Counted from the stretch's first letter, positions 10,508 through 19,923 are shown. The stretch is DNA of 64,000 nucleotides from an uncultured Pseudomonadota bacterium (GCA_964446935.1 CAYUQI010000001.1:4320-68319), one strand, 5' to 3'. A program made the numbers and translations. Notes: generated by a model not told the origin, from the letters alone.

Positions 10508-10651
10508 TGAGTTAACTCCTCGTAACCTACAACTACTAATAACCCACGGTTTTACTACAGTTTTCGCCTATTTGTCTAAAAACTTTGATTGTTTTAGATC
10601 CCCAAATTGTCGACGAATGACACTAAATCTAGCATAAAACAGCATACTTTA

Positions 10652-11179
10652 CTACTGCTTTCCTGCTTGTTGTTTCTCAATTTCCTTCACTGTACAGACC
10701 AATTTCGTTGTTACTTGATTCAAGAGACGTACTAAATTGGTTGCAGGAGCCTGCAAAGTACCCAAAAGTTGTCCGATTAAGACATTTTTTGGAGGTAGCG
10801 ATGCAAGGAAATCAAGATCGCTTTTAGACAATAATTTAGCCTCATAGAATCCTGCTATAATCTTCAAGGCCTCATTGCTTTTGGCAAAGGTAGCAAGCTG
10901 TTTTGCCGTAGCAGGAACATCCTTGCTCGCAAAAACCAAACCAACCTGATCTTTGAAGAGTTCGGCAAATGTATCAGCCCCTGCTATATCCTGTGCTGCG
11001 CGTTGCATAAACGTAGCCTTGGTGACTTTAAATGTGCCACCGTCACTACGCAAGTTCTTTCGTAACCCTTGTAAGAGGGAAACAGAAAGCCCTTTATAAT
11101 TAACCAAAAAGGTAGCCTGAGCCGCCATCATCTGCTGTTTGAGATCTGAAATTATAGCTTCTTTTTGTTGCCGATTCAT
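10652..11179 (-). CDS. rplJ: 50S ribosomal protein L10
   Basis: 175 aa, MNRQQKEAIISDLKQQMMAAQATFLVNYKGLSVSLLQGLRKNLR..., in the conserved position between rplA and rplL. Confidence 0.93.
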   Translation of the reverse strand: MNRQQKEAIISDLKQQMMAAQATFLVNYKGLSVSLLQGLRKNLRSDGGTFKVTKATFMQRAAQDIAGADTFAELFKDQVGLVFASKDVPATAKQLATFAKSNEALKIIAGFYEAKLLSKSDLDFLASLPPKNVLIGQLLGTLQAPATNLVRLLNQVTTKLVCTVKEIEKQQAGKQ

Positions 11180-11202
11180 AGTTTTCCCTTGTCCGTTAAG
11201 TG

Positions 11203-11895
11203 TTATGCGATCTCATCTGGATTGATAGAAAGCCCAATGCCCATGGTGGACGAAACGGTGATTTTCTTGAGGTATTTACCCTTCGATGTTGGTGGCTTAT
11301 TTGCTCGAATAGCTTGTACTAATGATACAAGATTTTCAGTTAATTTATCTGCTCCGAAAGAGACCTTTCCAAAAGGAGCATGCACTGCGCCGGCCTTATC
11401 ATTTCTAAATGAAACGCGGCCCTTTTTGAGATCAGCAACAATACCTGCTATGTCAAACGTAACCGTACCAACCTTTTTGTTAGGAAGGAGCCCGCGAGGG
11501 CCAAGGAATTTGGCTACTCGACCAACGACGCCCATCAAATCAGGCGTTGCTACGGCAGCATCAAATTCGCACCAACCTGTCTCAATCTTAGCGATAAGAT
11601 CTTCTGCTCCAACAAAATCAGCACCAGCTTTTTGGGCTTGTTCTTCGTATTCGCCTTTGGCAAAAACAAGAATACGAATCTTTTTACCTGTTCCATGAGG
11701 AAGCAAAACTGATCCTCTGACCGTTTGCTCACCTTTGGAGGCATCTATTCCCAAAATTACACTGGCATCAACAGTTTCATCGAATTTTGCATGCGCATTT
11801 TTGACAACAAAATCCAACGCCGACTTCCAGGAGGTGATTTTAGCTTCTTTGAGTTTTTCTTTAACACTTATATGTTTTTTACCTTGTGTACTCAT
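11203..11895 (-). CDS. rplA: 50S ribosomal protein L1
   Basis: 230 aa with FDETVDASVILGIDASKGEQTVRGSVLLPHGTGK...ATPDLMGVVGRVAKFLGPRGLLPN, typical L1 motifs. Confidence 0.96.
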   Translation of the reverse strand: MSTQGKKHISVKEKLKEAKITSWKSALDFVVKNAHAKFDETVDASVILGIDASKGEQTVRGSVLLPHGTGKKIRILVFAKGEYEEQAQKAGADFVGAEDLIAKIETGWCEFDAAVATPDLMGVVGRVAKFLGPRGLLPNKKVGTVTFDIAGIVADLKKGRVSFRNDKAGAVHAPFGKVSFGADKLTENLVSLVQAIRANKPPTSKGKYLKKITVSSTMGIGLSINPDEIA

Positions 11896-11934
11896 AATTA
11901 TTCCACGTTACCTGTTTGCGAGTTGGCCTGAATG

Positions 11935-12360
11935 CTAATCAACTACCGAGAGTCCCATGCTCCTGGCGCTTCCTGCAACAATTTTTTTTGCAGCTTCAAT
12001 ATCGTTAGCATTGAGATCTGGCATTTTTACCTTAGCGATCTCTTCAATATCTTTCCACTTGATTGTACCTGCTGATTCTTTGCCAGGATTTTTAGAGCCT
12101 AGCTGGATATTCGCCTTCTTGCGGAGCAACTCAGAAACTGGAGGAGTTTTGAGTACAAAGTCGAACGATTTATCCGTGTAAATCGTGATGAGAACAGGAA
12201 CAGTCTCCCCCTTGCGACTCGCCGTTGCTGCATTAAATTTTTTGCAGAAATCCATAAGGTTGACTTGATGCTGTCCAAGCATCGAACCAACCGGCGGTGC
12301 AGGGGTCGCAGCGCCACCTTGCAGCTGCATCTTAATATTTGCTTTTATAGCTTTTGCCAT
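11935..12360 (-). CDS. rplK: 50S ribosomal protein L11
   Basis: 141 aa, [43 protein letters not shown]... Confidence 0.96.
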   Translation of the reverse strand: MAKAIKANIKMQLQGGAATPAPPVGSMLGQHQVNLMDFCKKFNAATASRKGETVPVLITIYTDKSFDFVLKTPPVSELLRKKANIQLGSKNPGKESAGTIKWKDIEEIAKVKMPDLNANDIEAAKKIVAGSARSMGLSVVD

Positions 12361-12386
12361 TGCAACCTACCTGTTATTGTTAAACA

Positions 12387-12905
12387 TTACTTTTTGACCT
12401 GATCAAACCCCAATTCAACAGGAGTTAATCGACCAAAAATACTAACCATGACCGTTATTTTTTCACGTTCCTCATCGACCTTATCAATGATGCCAACAAA
12501 TCCAGAAAAAGGGCCTTGAGCAATATGAACTTCATTACCTACTACAAACGGTGTCTTTTCGGCCGACACTGCCAGCTTCCCTGACATTTGAGCAAAAATA
12601 CGCTCTACTTCTTTGTCAGAGAGTGGCATTGGACTTTCTCCACCTAAAAATCTTGTAACGCGTGGTGTTGATGAAACGAGACGGAACGATTCTCCTGTCA
12701 TTTCCATTTGAATCAATAAATAACCAGGGAAAATCTTCTCTTTTTTGGTTTTTGTTTCAGTAAAGAAAGAGGCAACCTCTCCAGCTGGAATGAGGACTTG
12801 CCCGAACAAATCTTGAAGATTTTCCTCAATGATTCGTTTTTCTAAATCGGTTTTTACTATATCTTCAAAACCTGTGTAAATCTGAACAACATACCAACGT
12901 TTCAT
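12387..12905 (-). CDS. nusG: transcription termination/antitermination factor NusG
   Basis: 172 aa, MKRWYVVQIYTGFEDIVKTDLEKRI...PGYLLIQMEM... plus a C-terminal KOW-like segment GNEVHIAQGPFSGFVGII. Conserved secE-nusG-rplK order. Confidence 0.93.
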   Translation of the reverse strand: MKRWYVVQIYTGFEDIVKTDLEKRIIEENLQDLFGQVLIPAGEVASFFTETKTKKEKIFPGYLLIQMEMTGESFRLVSSTPRVTRFLGGESPMPLSDKEVERIFAQMSGKLAVSAEKTPFVVGNEVHIAQGPFSGFVGIIDKVDEEREKITVMVSIFGRLTPVELGFDQVKK

Positions 12906-12931
12906 TGTATACCAACTCTTTGTTTTAACTT

Positions 12932-13117
12932 TTAAAAACGTGTAATATAGCGAATGAATGAGCTAAATGCTGCATCCATTCCACCAAGTACTAATGCGCA
13001 AAAAAGAACCAAAATGCAGACGATGATTGTTGAGCCAACGAGCTCGTCGCGGCTAGGCCATGTTACTTTTTTTAACTCAGCCTTAACTTCCTGTAAAAAG
13101 GACACAATCTTGTTCAT
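12932..13117 (-). CDS. secE: preprotein translocase subunit SecE (single transmembrane (TM) form)
   Basis: 61 aa, ...QEVKAELKKVTWPSRDELVGSTIIVCILVLFCALVLGGMD, immediately upstream of nusG. Confidence 0.88.
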   Translation of the reverse strand: MNKIVSFLQEVKAELKKVTWPSRDELVGSTIIVCILVLFCALVLGGMDAAFSSFIRYITRF

Positions 13118-13147
13118 CGCTTTAATCTCCGTACGTTGGGCGTGTTA

Positions 13148-13224
13148 TGGCAGGCCAGGAGGGATTCGAACCCCCAACCCGCGGATTTGGAGTCCGCCGC
13201 TCTACCAATTAGAGCTACTGGCCT
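13148..13224 (-). tRNA. tRNA-Trp (anticodon CCA), CCA encoded
   Basis: Minus strand: aggccag-ta-gctctaattggtagagc-g-gcgga-ctCCAaa-tccgc-gggtt-gggggttcgaatccctc-ctggcct-g-cca. Confidence 0.9.
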
Positions 13225-13236
13225 ACTTCCGCCTTT

Positions 13237-13395
13237 TTATTTTGTTTCTTTGTGCGCAACGTGCTTGCGGCATTTGGCGCAAAATTTATTCAATTCAAGC
13301 TTGCCATAGTCTCTTTTTTTAGAAACTTTTTGGCTGTAGTTGCGAAGACCGCAATCTCCGCACTCCATGTGAATAATAACCCTATTTTTAGCCAT
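13237..13395 (-). CDS. rpmG: 50S ribosomal protein L33
   Basis: Below the ORF-track size cutoff. My translation is MAKNRVIIHMECGDCGLRNYSQKVSKKRDYGKLELNKFCAKCRKHVAHKETK (52 aa), with the CxxC...CxxC Zn-ribbon L33 pattern, in the canonical place upstream of secE. Confidence 0.88.
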   Translation of the reverse strand: MAKNRVIIHMECGDCGLRNYSQKVSKKRDYGKLELNKFCAKCRKHVAHKETK

Positions 13396-13439
13396 AATCA
13401 AACTCTCTTGCTATAAATCGTAATATTTAAAATACTTAC

Positions 13440-13515
13440 TGGAGCCCGCGACCGGGTTTGAACCGGTGACCTCTCCCTTACCAAGGAAGTGCTCTACCAA
13501 CTGAGCTACGTGGGC
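13440..13515 (-). tRNA. tRNA-Thr (anticodon GGU)
   Basis: Minus strand: gcccacg-ta-gctcagttggtagagc-a-cttcc-ttGGTaa-gggag-aggtc-accggttcaaacccggt-cgcgggc-t-cca. There is one A-C mismatch in the acceptor stem. Confidence 0.85.
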
Positions 13516-13610
13516 ACCTTTATCCAATTTTATTCAAGTACACTTATTCTGCGATTGAATATACAAAAAGCCCATTTGGTCGACGACGAGCACAGTATAG
13601 AAACTTTTAC

Positions 13611-13686
13611 TGGAGCTGGCAACTGGACTCGAACCAGCGACCTGCTGATTACAAATCAGCTGCTCTACCAACTGAGCTATGCCAGC
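13611..13686 (-). tRNA. tRNA-Thr (anticodon UGU)
   Basis: Minus strand: gctggca-ta-gctcagttggtagagc-a-gctga-ttTGTaa-tcagc-aggtc-gctggttcgagtccagt-tgccagc-t-cca. Confidence 0.88.
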
Positions 13687-13695
13687 ATAGTCTTA

Positions 13696-13772
13696 TGGAG
13701 CGGGAAACGGGTCTCGAACCCGCAACCTTCAGCTTGGAAGGCTGACGCTCTAGCCAATTGAGCTATTCCCGC
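13696..13772 (-). tRNA. tRNA-Gly (anticodon UCC)
   Basis: Minus strand: gcgggaa-ta-gctcaattggctagagc-g-tcagc-ctTCCaa-gctga-aggtt-gcgggttcgagacccgt-ttcccgc-t-cca. Confidence 0.88.
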
Positions 13773-13830
13773 AGCCAACACATATTTTCAAGCGCGCTCA
13801 TCTTTACAAGCTTGTCAACAACATCGTTTA

Positions 13831-13858
13831 AGTATACCTGAGCTGCTACGTGAGTCAA
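13831..13858 (-). promoter_or_regulatory. Candidate sigma70-type promoter inside the tRNA cluster (between tRNA-Tyr and tRNA-Gly)
   Basis: The minus strand reads TTGACT-16 nt-TATACT (the + strand shows agtata at 13831-13836 and agtcaa at 13853-13858). Confidence 0.35.
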
Positions 13859-13905
13859 AGCATAAAAAAATTGATCGACACACAGGATGTAAGCGTGTTT
13901 ACACG

Positions 13906-13990
13906 TGGTGGGGAGGACAGGATTCGAACCTGTGAAGGCAGAGCCAACGGATTTACAGTCCGTCCCCTTTGACCGCTCGGGAACCTCCCC
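13906..13990 (-). tRNA. tRNA-Tyr (anticodon GUA), long variable arm
   Basis: Minus strand: ggggagg-tt-cccgagcggtcaaagggg-a-cggac-tGTAaat-ccgtt-ggctctgccttc-acaggttcgaatcctgt-cctcccc-a-cca. 85 nt, class II architecture as in bacterial tRNA-Tyr. Confidence 0.88.
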
Positions 13991-14289
13991 GTGCTAATTT
14001 TCAACCTGTAATGTCGCAATTTAATTCAATTATGATAGGTATTTTGCGAAATTTTTCAACTTTTTTGTTAATTTTTATGGTCTAACATTAAAAAGAGGGG
14101 CTAGAAATAGATTTTTTGCTGGATTAAGGGTTGGTTTAATAAAAAATTTGGTTGAATTATTGAAAATATTATTGTGTAAACATTAATTTTGAATGGTTTG
14201 GATATTGCAATATAAGTGTGATTGAAATGCAATTGGTTATTATGATTTTGATGACTGATTCAATGTTTTTATGGAAGATGAATGATGAA

Positions 14290-15024
14290 TTAATGTGTCT
14301 TGAGAAAGCCATCAACAAGTGCTTGTTGCGTTTCTGCTTCAGATAATCCTCTGCTTTTAAGATAAAAACGGTGTTCATCATTGAAGGTGCTAATTGCTGC
14401 TCCGTGTTTACACACAACATTGTCTGATTTAATTTCGAGTTGTGGTAGGGCTATGGCCTTTGCTGTATCGCTTAAGAGTATGCTTTTACATGATTGTTCA
14501 GCCATAACATTTTCAAGATTCGATTCAACATTAATAAGATTATTGGCAACGATTGTTGCTTGTTGATCAATTACTGATTTGATAAGAAGGGTACTTGTTG
14601 TGTTAGAGGCATTGTGGTCTTGTATTGTTTTAAATTTATATATGGTGTCACTTGTGCCAAGGCAGGCGCATGTTATTGCTGCGTGGGCTTCTTGTCCAAG
14701 GAGTCTGATGGTTAACTCTTTTTCGATGATAAGACCTTTTAGCGAGGTGTGTTGCGATGATGGCAAGTTGTATTCAAGTGAGCAGCCTTCGTGAAGAACA
14801 AATGTAAGCATGTGTTTAATCATCTTGGTATTTTGATGATGTGATAAAAGATCATCGATTAAAACCATTTTTACGCAAGGGGCAAGGGTGAGTGTAACAT
14901 CAATTGTAGGTGGTATGAGCTCGTTAATGAATTGATCTTTAAGTAATTGTGTTAATGAGTGGGTTTGTGGGGTTCTGGCATCTACATAAATGCCAAGCTT
15001 TGGATTGATTATGTGTGCTTTCAT
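14290..15024 (-). CDS. sufD: Fe-S cluster assembly protein SufD-like (short, 244 aa)
   Basis: The C-terminal half resembles SufB/SufD: ...CKHGAAISTFNDEHRFYLKSRGLSEAETQQALVDGFL. It overlaps the sufB stop by 4 nt. Confidence 0.75.
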   Translation of the reverse strand: MKAHIINPKLGIYVDARTPQTHSLTQLLKDQFINELIPPTIDVTLTLAPCVKMVLIDDLLSHHQNTKMIKHMLTFVLHEGCSLEYNLPSSQHTSLKGLIIEKELTIRLLGQEAHAAITCACLGTSDTIYKFKTIQDHNASNTTSTLLIKSVIDQQATIVANNLINVESNLENVMAEQSCKSILLSDTAKAIALPQLEIKSDNVVCKHGAAISTFNDEHRFYLKSRGLSEAETQQALVDGFLKTH

Positions 15025-16418
15025 AATCCCTCCATTTCAAGTTCTATAAGCCGATTCATCTCAATGGCAAACTCCATAGGAAGTTGTTTGACAAATGGTT
15101 CTACAAAACCATTGACCACCAGTGTTCGCGCTGCTTGTGCATCAATTCCTCGACTCATGAGATAAAAAAGGTGGTCATCCCCAATCTTGCTTACTGTCGC
15201 TTCGTGCCCAACATCAACCTTGTTGCTACTGATATCAATGCGTGGATAGGCGTCGGCACGTGAATGATCATCCATAAGTAGTGAATGACATTGTACATAT
15301 GATTTGCAGTTATCTGCATGGGGAGCGATCTTAATTAATCCTCGATAACTCGTTCTTCCGCCGTGTGAACTTATTGATTTAGAAACAATGCGAGAACTTG
15401 TGTGTGGTGCCTGGTGTATGATTTTGCTACCGGTATCTTGCACTTGTTGTGCAGAGCTGGCAAGAGCAATTGAGAGAACTTCTGCACGAGCACCAGATTC
15501 TTTTAGGACGACAGCCGGATATTTCATACTAACACCACTGCCAAGATTGCCATCAATCCATTCAACAATAGCATCTTGATAGGCTATTGCTCGTTTGGTA
15601 ACAAGGTTAAAAACATTTTTTGACCAATTTTGTATGGTGAAGTAACGAACGCGAGCGCCTTTTTTTGCAATAATTTCGACTACGGCGCTATGCAAAGAAC
15701 TGCTGGGGTATGTTGGGGCGGTGCAACCTTCAATGTACGTTATATGGCTATTTTCGTCCGCAATAATTAGTGTTCGTTCGAATTGCCCCATTTTTTCTGC
15801 ATTAATACGAAAATATGATTGTAATGGAATTTCAACATGAACGCCTTTTGGAACATAAATAAAGCTTCCACCACTCCATACTGCCGTATTGAGAGCTGCA
15901 AATTTGTTGTCATTAAAAGGGACAATTGAGCCAAAATATTCTTTAAAAAGTTCTGGGTATTGTTTGAGTGCTGTGTCGGTATCAAGGAATATGACCCCTT
16001 TGGCTTGCCATTCTTCCTTGAGGTTGTGGTAAACAACTTCTGATTCGTATTGGGCGCTTAGGCCTGCCAAGTATTTACGTTCAGTTTCTGGTACTCCCAA
16101 ACGGTCAAAAGTTTGTTTGATAGGGGTGGGAACAGTGTCCCACTGAGAAAATTGTTGTTTGGTTGGTTTGAGATAAAAATGAATATCGTTGGTATCAAGT
16201 TTGCTTAAGGATGGGCCCCAAGAAGGCATTGGTGTTTTGACAAAATGGTTGAGTGCTTGAAGCCTATGCTCAAGCATCCAGATTGGTTCTTGTTTGCGTG
16301 CCGAAATATCGCACACAATTTGTTCGTTAAGCCCTAGCTCTGATTTGAATTCGAAAGATTCTTGTGAATGAAAATCTTCTTGATCAACCGTGCCAGGATT
16401 TGGTTCTTGTAACTTCAT
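15021..16418 (-). CDS. sufB: Fe-S cluster assembly scaffold protein SufB
   Basis: 465 aa with ...HITYIEGCTAPTY..., ...CHSLLMDDHSRADAYPRIDI..., EATVSKIGDDHLFYLMSRGIDAQAARTLVVNGF. Confidence 0.92.
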   Translation of the reverse strand: MKLQEPNPGTVDQEDFHSQESFEFKSELGLNEQIVCDISARKQEPIWMLEHRLQALNHFVKTPMPSWGPSLSKLDTNDIHFYLKPTKQQFSQWDTVPTPIKQTFDRLGVPETERKYLAGLSAQYESEVVYHNLKEEWQAKGVIFLDTDTALKQYPELFKEYFGSIVPFNDNKFAALNTAVWSGGSFIYVPKGVHVEIPLQSYFRINAEKMGQFERTLIIADENSHITYIEGCTAPTYPSSSLHSAVVEIIAKKGARVRYFTIQNWSKNVFNLVTKRAIAYQDAIVEWIDGNLGSGVSMKYPAVVLKESGARAEVLSIALASSAQQVQDTGSKIIHQAPHTSSRIVSKSISSHGGRTSYRGLIKIAPHADNCKSYVQCHSLLMDDHSRADAYPRIDISSNKVDVGHEATVSKIGDDHLFYLMSRGIDAQAARTLVVNGFVEPFVKQLPMEFAIEMNRLIELEMEGL

Positions 16419-16519
16419 ACCTTAATTGCGTAAACCCCCTCAAACTAGGATAGAATTAAATAACTTCTCTTTGTTAATTATACCTCAAAAACGGGAGTCT
16501 AGGAAGCCAATCTTAGACG

Positions 16520-18388
16520 TTATATTTGATCGAAAACTTGAGGTTTTACTTCAATTTCCTTGATAAGTGTGCGAATTTGAAAAATAAGGACTGATATGGC
16601 AGCAGGGGTCATGCCTGGTATTAATTGAGCCTGTGCTACCGTTTTGGGTTGATAATAAGTGAGCTTTTGCTGTAATTCCTTACTTAACCCTGGCAGGTTG
16701 TGATACGAGAAACTGGCGGGGATAACAAGATGTTGGTATCGAACAACCTTGTCAGCTTCTTTTCTTTCTTTTTCCAGATAACCTGCATACTTTATCTCGG
16801 CATGAATACACAAGAGTGCTCGTGATGATAATGCCTCTGTAGAGAGGCGCTTGGCTGCTAAGAGTGGTGTAAGGAGAGCCTTTGCTTGTTGTTGTAATTC
16901 TTTGGTAAATTCTATGCCAAGTAAAAGTTTGAGAAGATCGATGTTTTCAGGTTTTTTGATAAGTTCAACAGCATTTTCAATAGTTTCTTTTTCTTGCAAA
17001 AAGGCCGTATAAAGATCGTTGGCAATGAGCCCTAATTGCTTGCCATACGGCATCAGGCGCATAAAGACATTATCTTGTCGTAGCAACAACCTTCGTTCTG
17101 CGCGTGATGTGAACATACGGTATGGTTCATCAGCACCAAGTGTGACCAGATCATCGATCATAACCCCAATGTAGCTTTCGGTGCGGCTGAGAGCAAAAGG
17201 TTCTTTGCCTGTGTGTTTGAGGTGGGCATTGATACCTGCAATAAGCCCTTGCCCTGCAGCTTCTTCATAACCAGTGGTACCATTGATTTGACCAGCGAGA
17301 AAGAGCCCCTGAACCGTTTTGGTTTCGAGAGAGTGCTGTAAGTTATTGGGTTGGATAAAATCATATTCAATGGCATATCCACACTTGGTAATAATGGCGT
17401 TTTCAAGCCCTTTTATGCTGTTGATGTAGGCTTGCTGCACCTCAAGTGGAAGTGATGTTGAGAGCCCCGCTGGATATACTTCATCGATGAATTCTCCTTC
17501 TGGCTCAATGAATACGTGGTGTGATGTGCGATCTGGATAGCGGCCAACTTTGTCTTCGATTGATGGACAATAACGCGGGCCTGTTCCTTTGATGTTGCCG
17601 CTGTAGAGAGCTGAAAGATGTAGATGGTTGCGGATGATTTCATGTGTTTGTTGATTGGTGTATGTTGTAAAGCAGGGTATCTTCTCTTGCACGTTGAACG
17701 GATTAAATTCGTAGAGGTAATCAAGTTTTTCACAATGTTGTTGATCAAGGGCATCAAAGTTGATACTTGATTTTAATAATCGAGGAGGAGTTCCTGTTTT
17801 TAGTCGACCACAGGATATTCCCATAGCTCGAGCAATAGAATGCGAAAGCCCATAAACAGCATTTTCTCCACGGCGGCCAGCTTTGTAACGAGTACGACCG
17901 ATGTGAACAAGTCCATTCATGAAGGTACCGGTGGTGACGACAATGCAGGGAGCGTGGTAGATGGCGCCGTTGTCTGTTCGGATACCAGAGACTTTATTGT
18001 TTTCTGTTAAAAGCTCCATCGCCATTGCTTCGGTGATGGTGAGGTTGGGTGTCTTTAAGAGAAATTCTGTTGCCTGTGCACTGTACGCATATTTATCAAT
18101 TTGTAATCGCAACCCTTGAACAGCTGGTCCTTTACGCGTATTAAGCATGCGAGCTTGTAAATATGTTTTTGAACATAGTTGGGGCATAAGCCCGCCAAGG
18201 GCGCTTACTTCAAATACAATGTGTCCTTTGCCAAGTCCCCCAACGGATGGGTTGCAGGGCATGGTAGCAATTTTGTTTGCGTCAAGTGTGATAAGCAGTG
18301 TTGATGATCCCATTTTTGCTGCTGCGTAGGCAGCTTCAATACCGGCATGCCCTCCGCCAACAACAATAACATCAAAATTTGTTTTCAT
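16520..18388 (-). CDS. mnmG: tRNA uridine 5-carboxymethylaminomethyl modification enzyme MnmG (GidA)
   Basis: ORF 16520..18412 trimmed to MKTNFDVIVVGGGHAGIEAAYAAAKMG (ATG at 18388). FAD-binding GGGHAG motif, ...GPRYCPSIEDK..., about 620 aa. Confidence 0.94.
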   Translation of the reverse strand: MKTNFDVIVVGGGHAGIEAAYAAAKMGSSTLLITLDANKIATMPCNPSVGGLGKGHIVFEVSALGGLMPQLCSKTYLQARMLNTRKGPAVQGLRLQIDKYAYSAQATEFLLKTPNLTITEAMAMELLTENNKVSGIRTDNGAIYHAPCIVVTTGTFMNGLVHIGRTRYKAGRRGENAVYGLSHSIARAMGISCGRLKTGTPPRLLKSSINFDALDQQHCEKLDYLYEFNPFNVQEKIPCFTTYTNQQTHEIIRNHLHLSALYSGNIKGTGPRYCPSIEDKVGRYPDRTSHHVFIEPEGEFIDEVYPAGLSTSLPLEVQQAYINSIKGLENAIITKCGYAIEYDFIQPNNLQHSLETKTVQGLFLAGQINGTTGYEEAAGQGLIAGINAHLKHTGKEPFALSRTESYIGVMIDDLVTLGADEPYRMFTSRAERRLLLRQDNVFMRLMPYGKQLGLIANDLYTAFLQEKETIENAVELIKKPENIDLLKLLLGIEFTKELQQQAKALLTPLLAAKRLSTEALSSRALLCIHAEIKYAGYLEKERKEADKVVRYQHLVIPASFSYHNLPGLSKELQQKLTYYQPKTVAQAQLIPGMTPAAISVLIFQIRTLIKEIEVKPQVFDQI

Positions 18389-18491
18389 GCGATTATTACA
18401 AGAACCCCTCAAAAATCGTTTATTTGATGATCAAATGCAGCGATAAGTTTATCTGAAGACGGCTTGTTTGACAAATACCGCCATGGATACG

Positions 18492-19880
18492 CTATTTTCT
18501 TGTTTTTGCAAATGCGAGCTTTGTCTTCTTGCTTTCAATCATATGATCAACAATAGGTGTAGGGTATTTAACTGACTGATCCTGCTTCTTCCACCAGTTA
18601 TGAATGGCCCGTGGCGACAGGCTTTCTAGCTCAGGAATCCATTGTTTGATGTACATGCAATTTTTATCAAATTTCTTTTGCTGAATCCATGGGTTGAAGA
18701 TGCGAAAATAGGGCTGGGCATCGCAGCCAGTTGATGATGCCCATTGCCAATTGCCGTTATTGACAGAAGGGTCATAGTCAACAAGCTTGGTGGCAAAGTA
18801 TCGCTCTCCCCAGCGCCAGTCAATGTGGAGGTCTTTTGTTAAAAATGATGCAACGACCATGCGCACACGGTTGTGCATAAATCCTGTGACATTCAGTTGT
18901 CGCATGCCAGCATCGACCAATGGAAACCCGGTCATCCCTTGGCACCACAGTGTGAATAACTTTTTATCATAATGCCATGGGATGTGTTCAAAGCGTTTGT
19001 TGAATGCATGCCCAAAGATACGTGGAAAGTGATAGGCGATGTGGGTAAAAAAGTCGCGCCAATACAATTGTCGAATCAGTGGGTGTGTGGACCCTAGGGT
19101 TTGTCGAATGGCAGCATATGTTTCTCGTATCGAGCAAGTGCCAAATTTAAGGTGTGCGGAAAGCCCAGTTGTTCTAGCCAATGCCGGATAATCACGTTCC
19201 TTGGGGTAGTTTCTAAAAAGCGATAATTGTTTGAGTAACTTCAGGCTCTGTGTTCGCCCTCCGTGAGTAAAAATAGTTGGGTTGGTCGTTGGGGAAATTT
19301 TTGTATAGATCGATGATGAAGCGGAGCTTTTGATTGGTTTTGTATAATAATTTTTATGCTTGTTTGCTTGTGGTTGTTGCACGTTGAGCCTGAGTGCTTT
19401 TTTGAAAAACGGGGTGAAGATAGTGTATGGGGTTCCATTGTCCTTCAGAACTGCTTCCGGTTCATGTAATAAAAGATCTGGTGATGAAATAAATGAAATT
19501 TGGTCAGGTACACATACTTTTTTGATAAAAATATCGCGTTTTTTGCTATAGGGTGTGTAATCGTGGTTAACAAAGATTGCGTCAATTTTTTCTTGCCTGA
19601 TGAGTTGTTTGACAATGTCAGCTGGATTACCAGCAAAAAGATACAGGCGTGCATGAGCTTTTTTCAGTTGTTGTTCAAGGTTTTGCAATGATTCGACCAT
19701 AAATTGTAGTGCATTGAAGCTTTTATATTTGTTCGTCGATGAAAATTGTTTTGGATCGAATATAAAACAGGGGATGACAATGTTTGATTGTTCAAGCGCT
19801 TTTAACAAACCGGTATTATCATCCAACCGTAAGTCACGGCGGAAGATGAATAGTGCCTTTTCAAAAACTTTCTTCTTCAT
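18492..19880 (-). CDS. phr: deoxyribodipyrimidine photolyase / cryptochrome family protein
   Basis: ORF trimmed to MKKKVFEKALFIFRRDLRLDDNTGL (ATG at 19880, preceded by an AGGGAG RBS). C-terminal FAD domain: TGFPLVDAGMRQL..TGFMHNRVRMVVASFLTKDLHIDWRWGERYFATKLVDYDPSVNNGNWQW. Confidence 0.9.
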   Translation of the reverse strand: MKKKVFEKALFIFRRDLRLDDNTGLLKALEQSNIVIPCFIFDPKQFSSTNKYKSFNALQFMVESLQNLEQQLKKAHARLYLFAGNPADIVKQLIRQEKIDAIFVNHDYTPYSKKRDIFIKKVCVPDQISFISSPDLLLHEPEAVLKDNGTPYTIFTPFFKKALRLNVQQPQANKHKNYYTKPIKSSASSSIYTKISPTTNPTIFTHGGRTQSLKLLKQLSLFRNYPKERDYPALARTTGLSAHLKFGTCSIRETYAAIRQTLGSTHPLIRQLYWRDFFTHIAYHFPRIFGHAFNKRFEHIPWHYDKKLFTLWCQGMTGFPLVDAGMRQLNVTGFMHNRVRMVVASFLTKDLHIDWRWGERYFATKLVDYDPSVNNGNWQWASSTGCDAQPYFRIFNPWIQQKKFDKNCMYIKQWIPELESLSPRAIHNWWKKQDQSVKYPTPIVDHMIESKKTKLAFAKTRK

Positions 19881-19893
19881 ACTCCCTCTCTTC

Positions 19894-19923
19894 TTGACCA
19901 GATTAAATGTATAATGGTATAAC
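19894..19923 (+). promoter_or_regulatory. Candidate promoter for the OMP gene
   Basis: TTGACC (19894-19899), an 18-nt spacer, then TATAAC (19918-19923) preceded by a TG (extended -10-like). Confidence 0.35.

Noticed and set aside
10290-10637. GC-rich GCNGCN periodic stretch that looks like a tandem repeat, plus antisense ORF 10290-10637
   Set aside because: It encodes the Ala-rich flexible hinge of L7/L12 ([21 protein letters not shown]). This is a normal feature of rplL, not a repeat element.
11165-11938. 177-aa + strand ORF and smaller ORFs antisense to or overlapping rplA
   Set aside because: They are entirely antisense to a ribosomal protein gene with strong motifs, and have no independent support.
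12954-13761. ORFs 12954-13322 (+) and 13489-13761 (+) across the secE/tRNA region. Similar cases are 1354-1605 (+) and 37140-37403 (-).
   Set aside because: They run through tRNA genes, or antisense to secE and rpmG. The peptide strings such as LYQLSY are the usual translation of tRNA T-arm/acceptor DNA.
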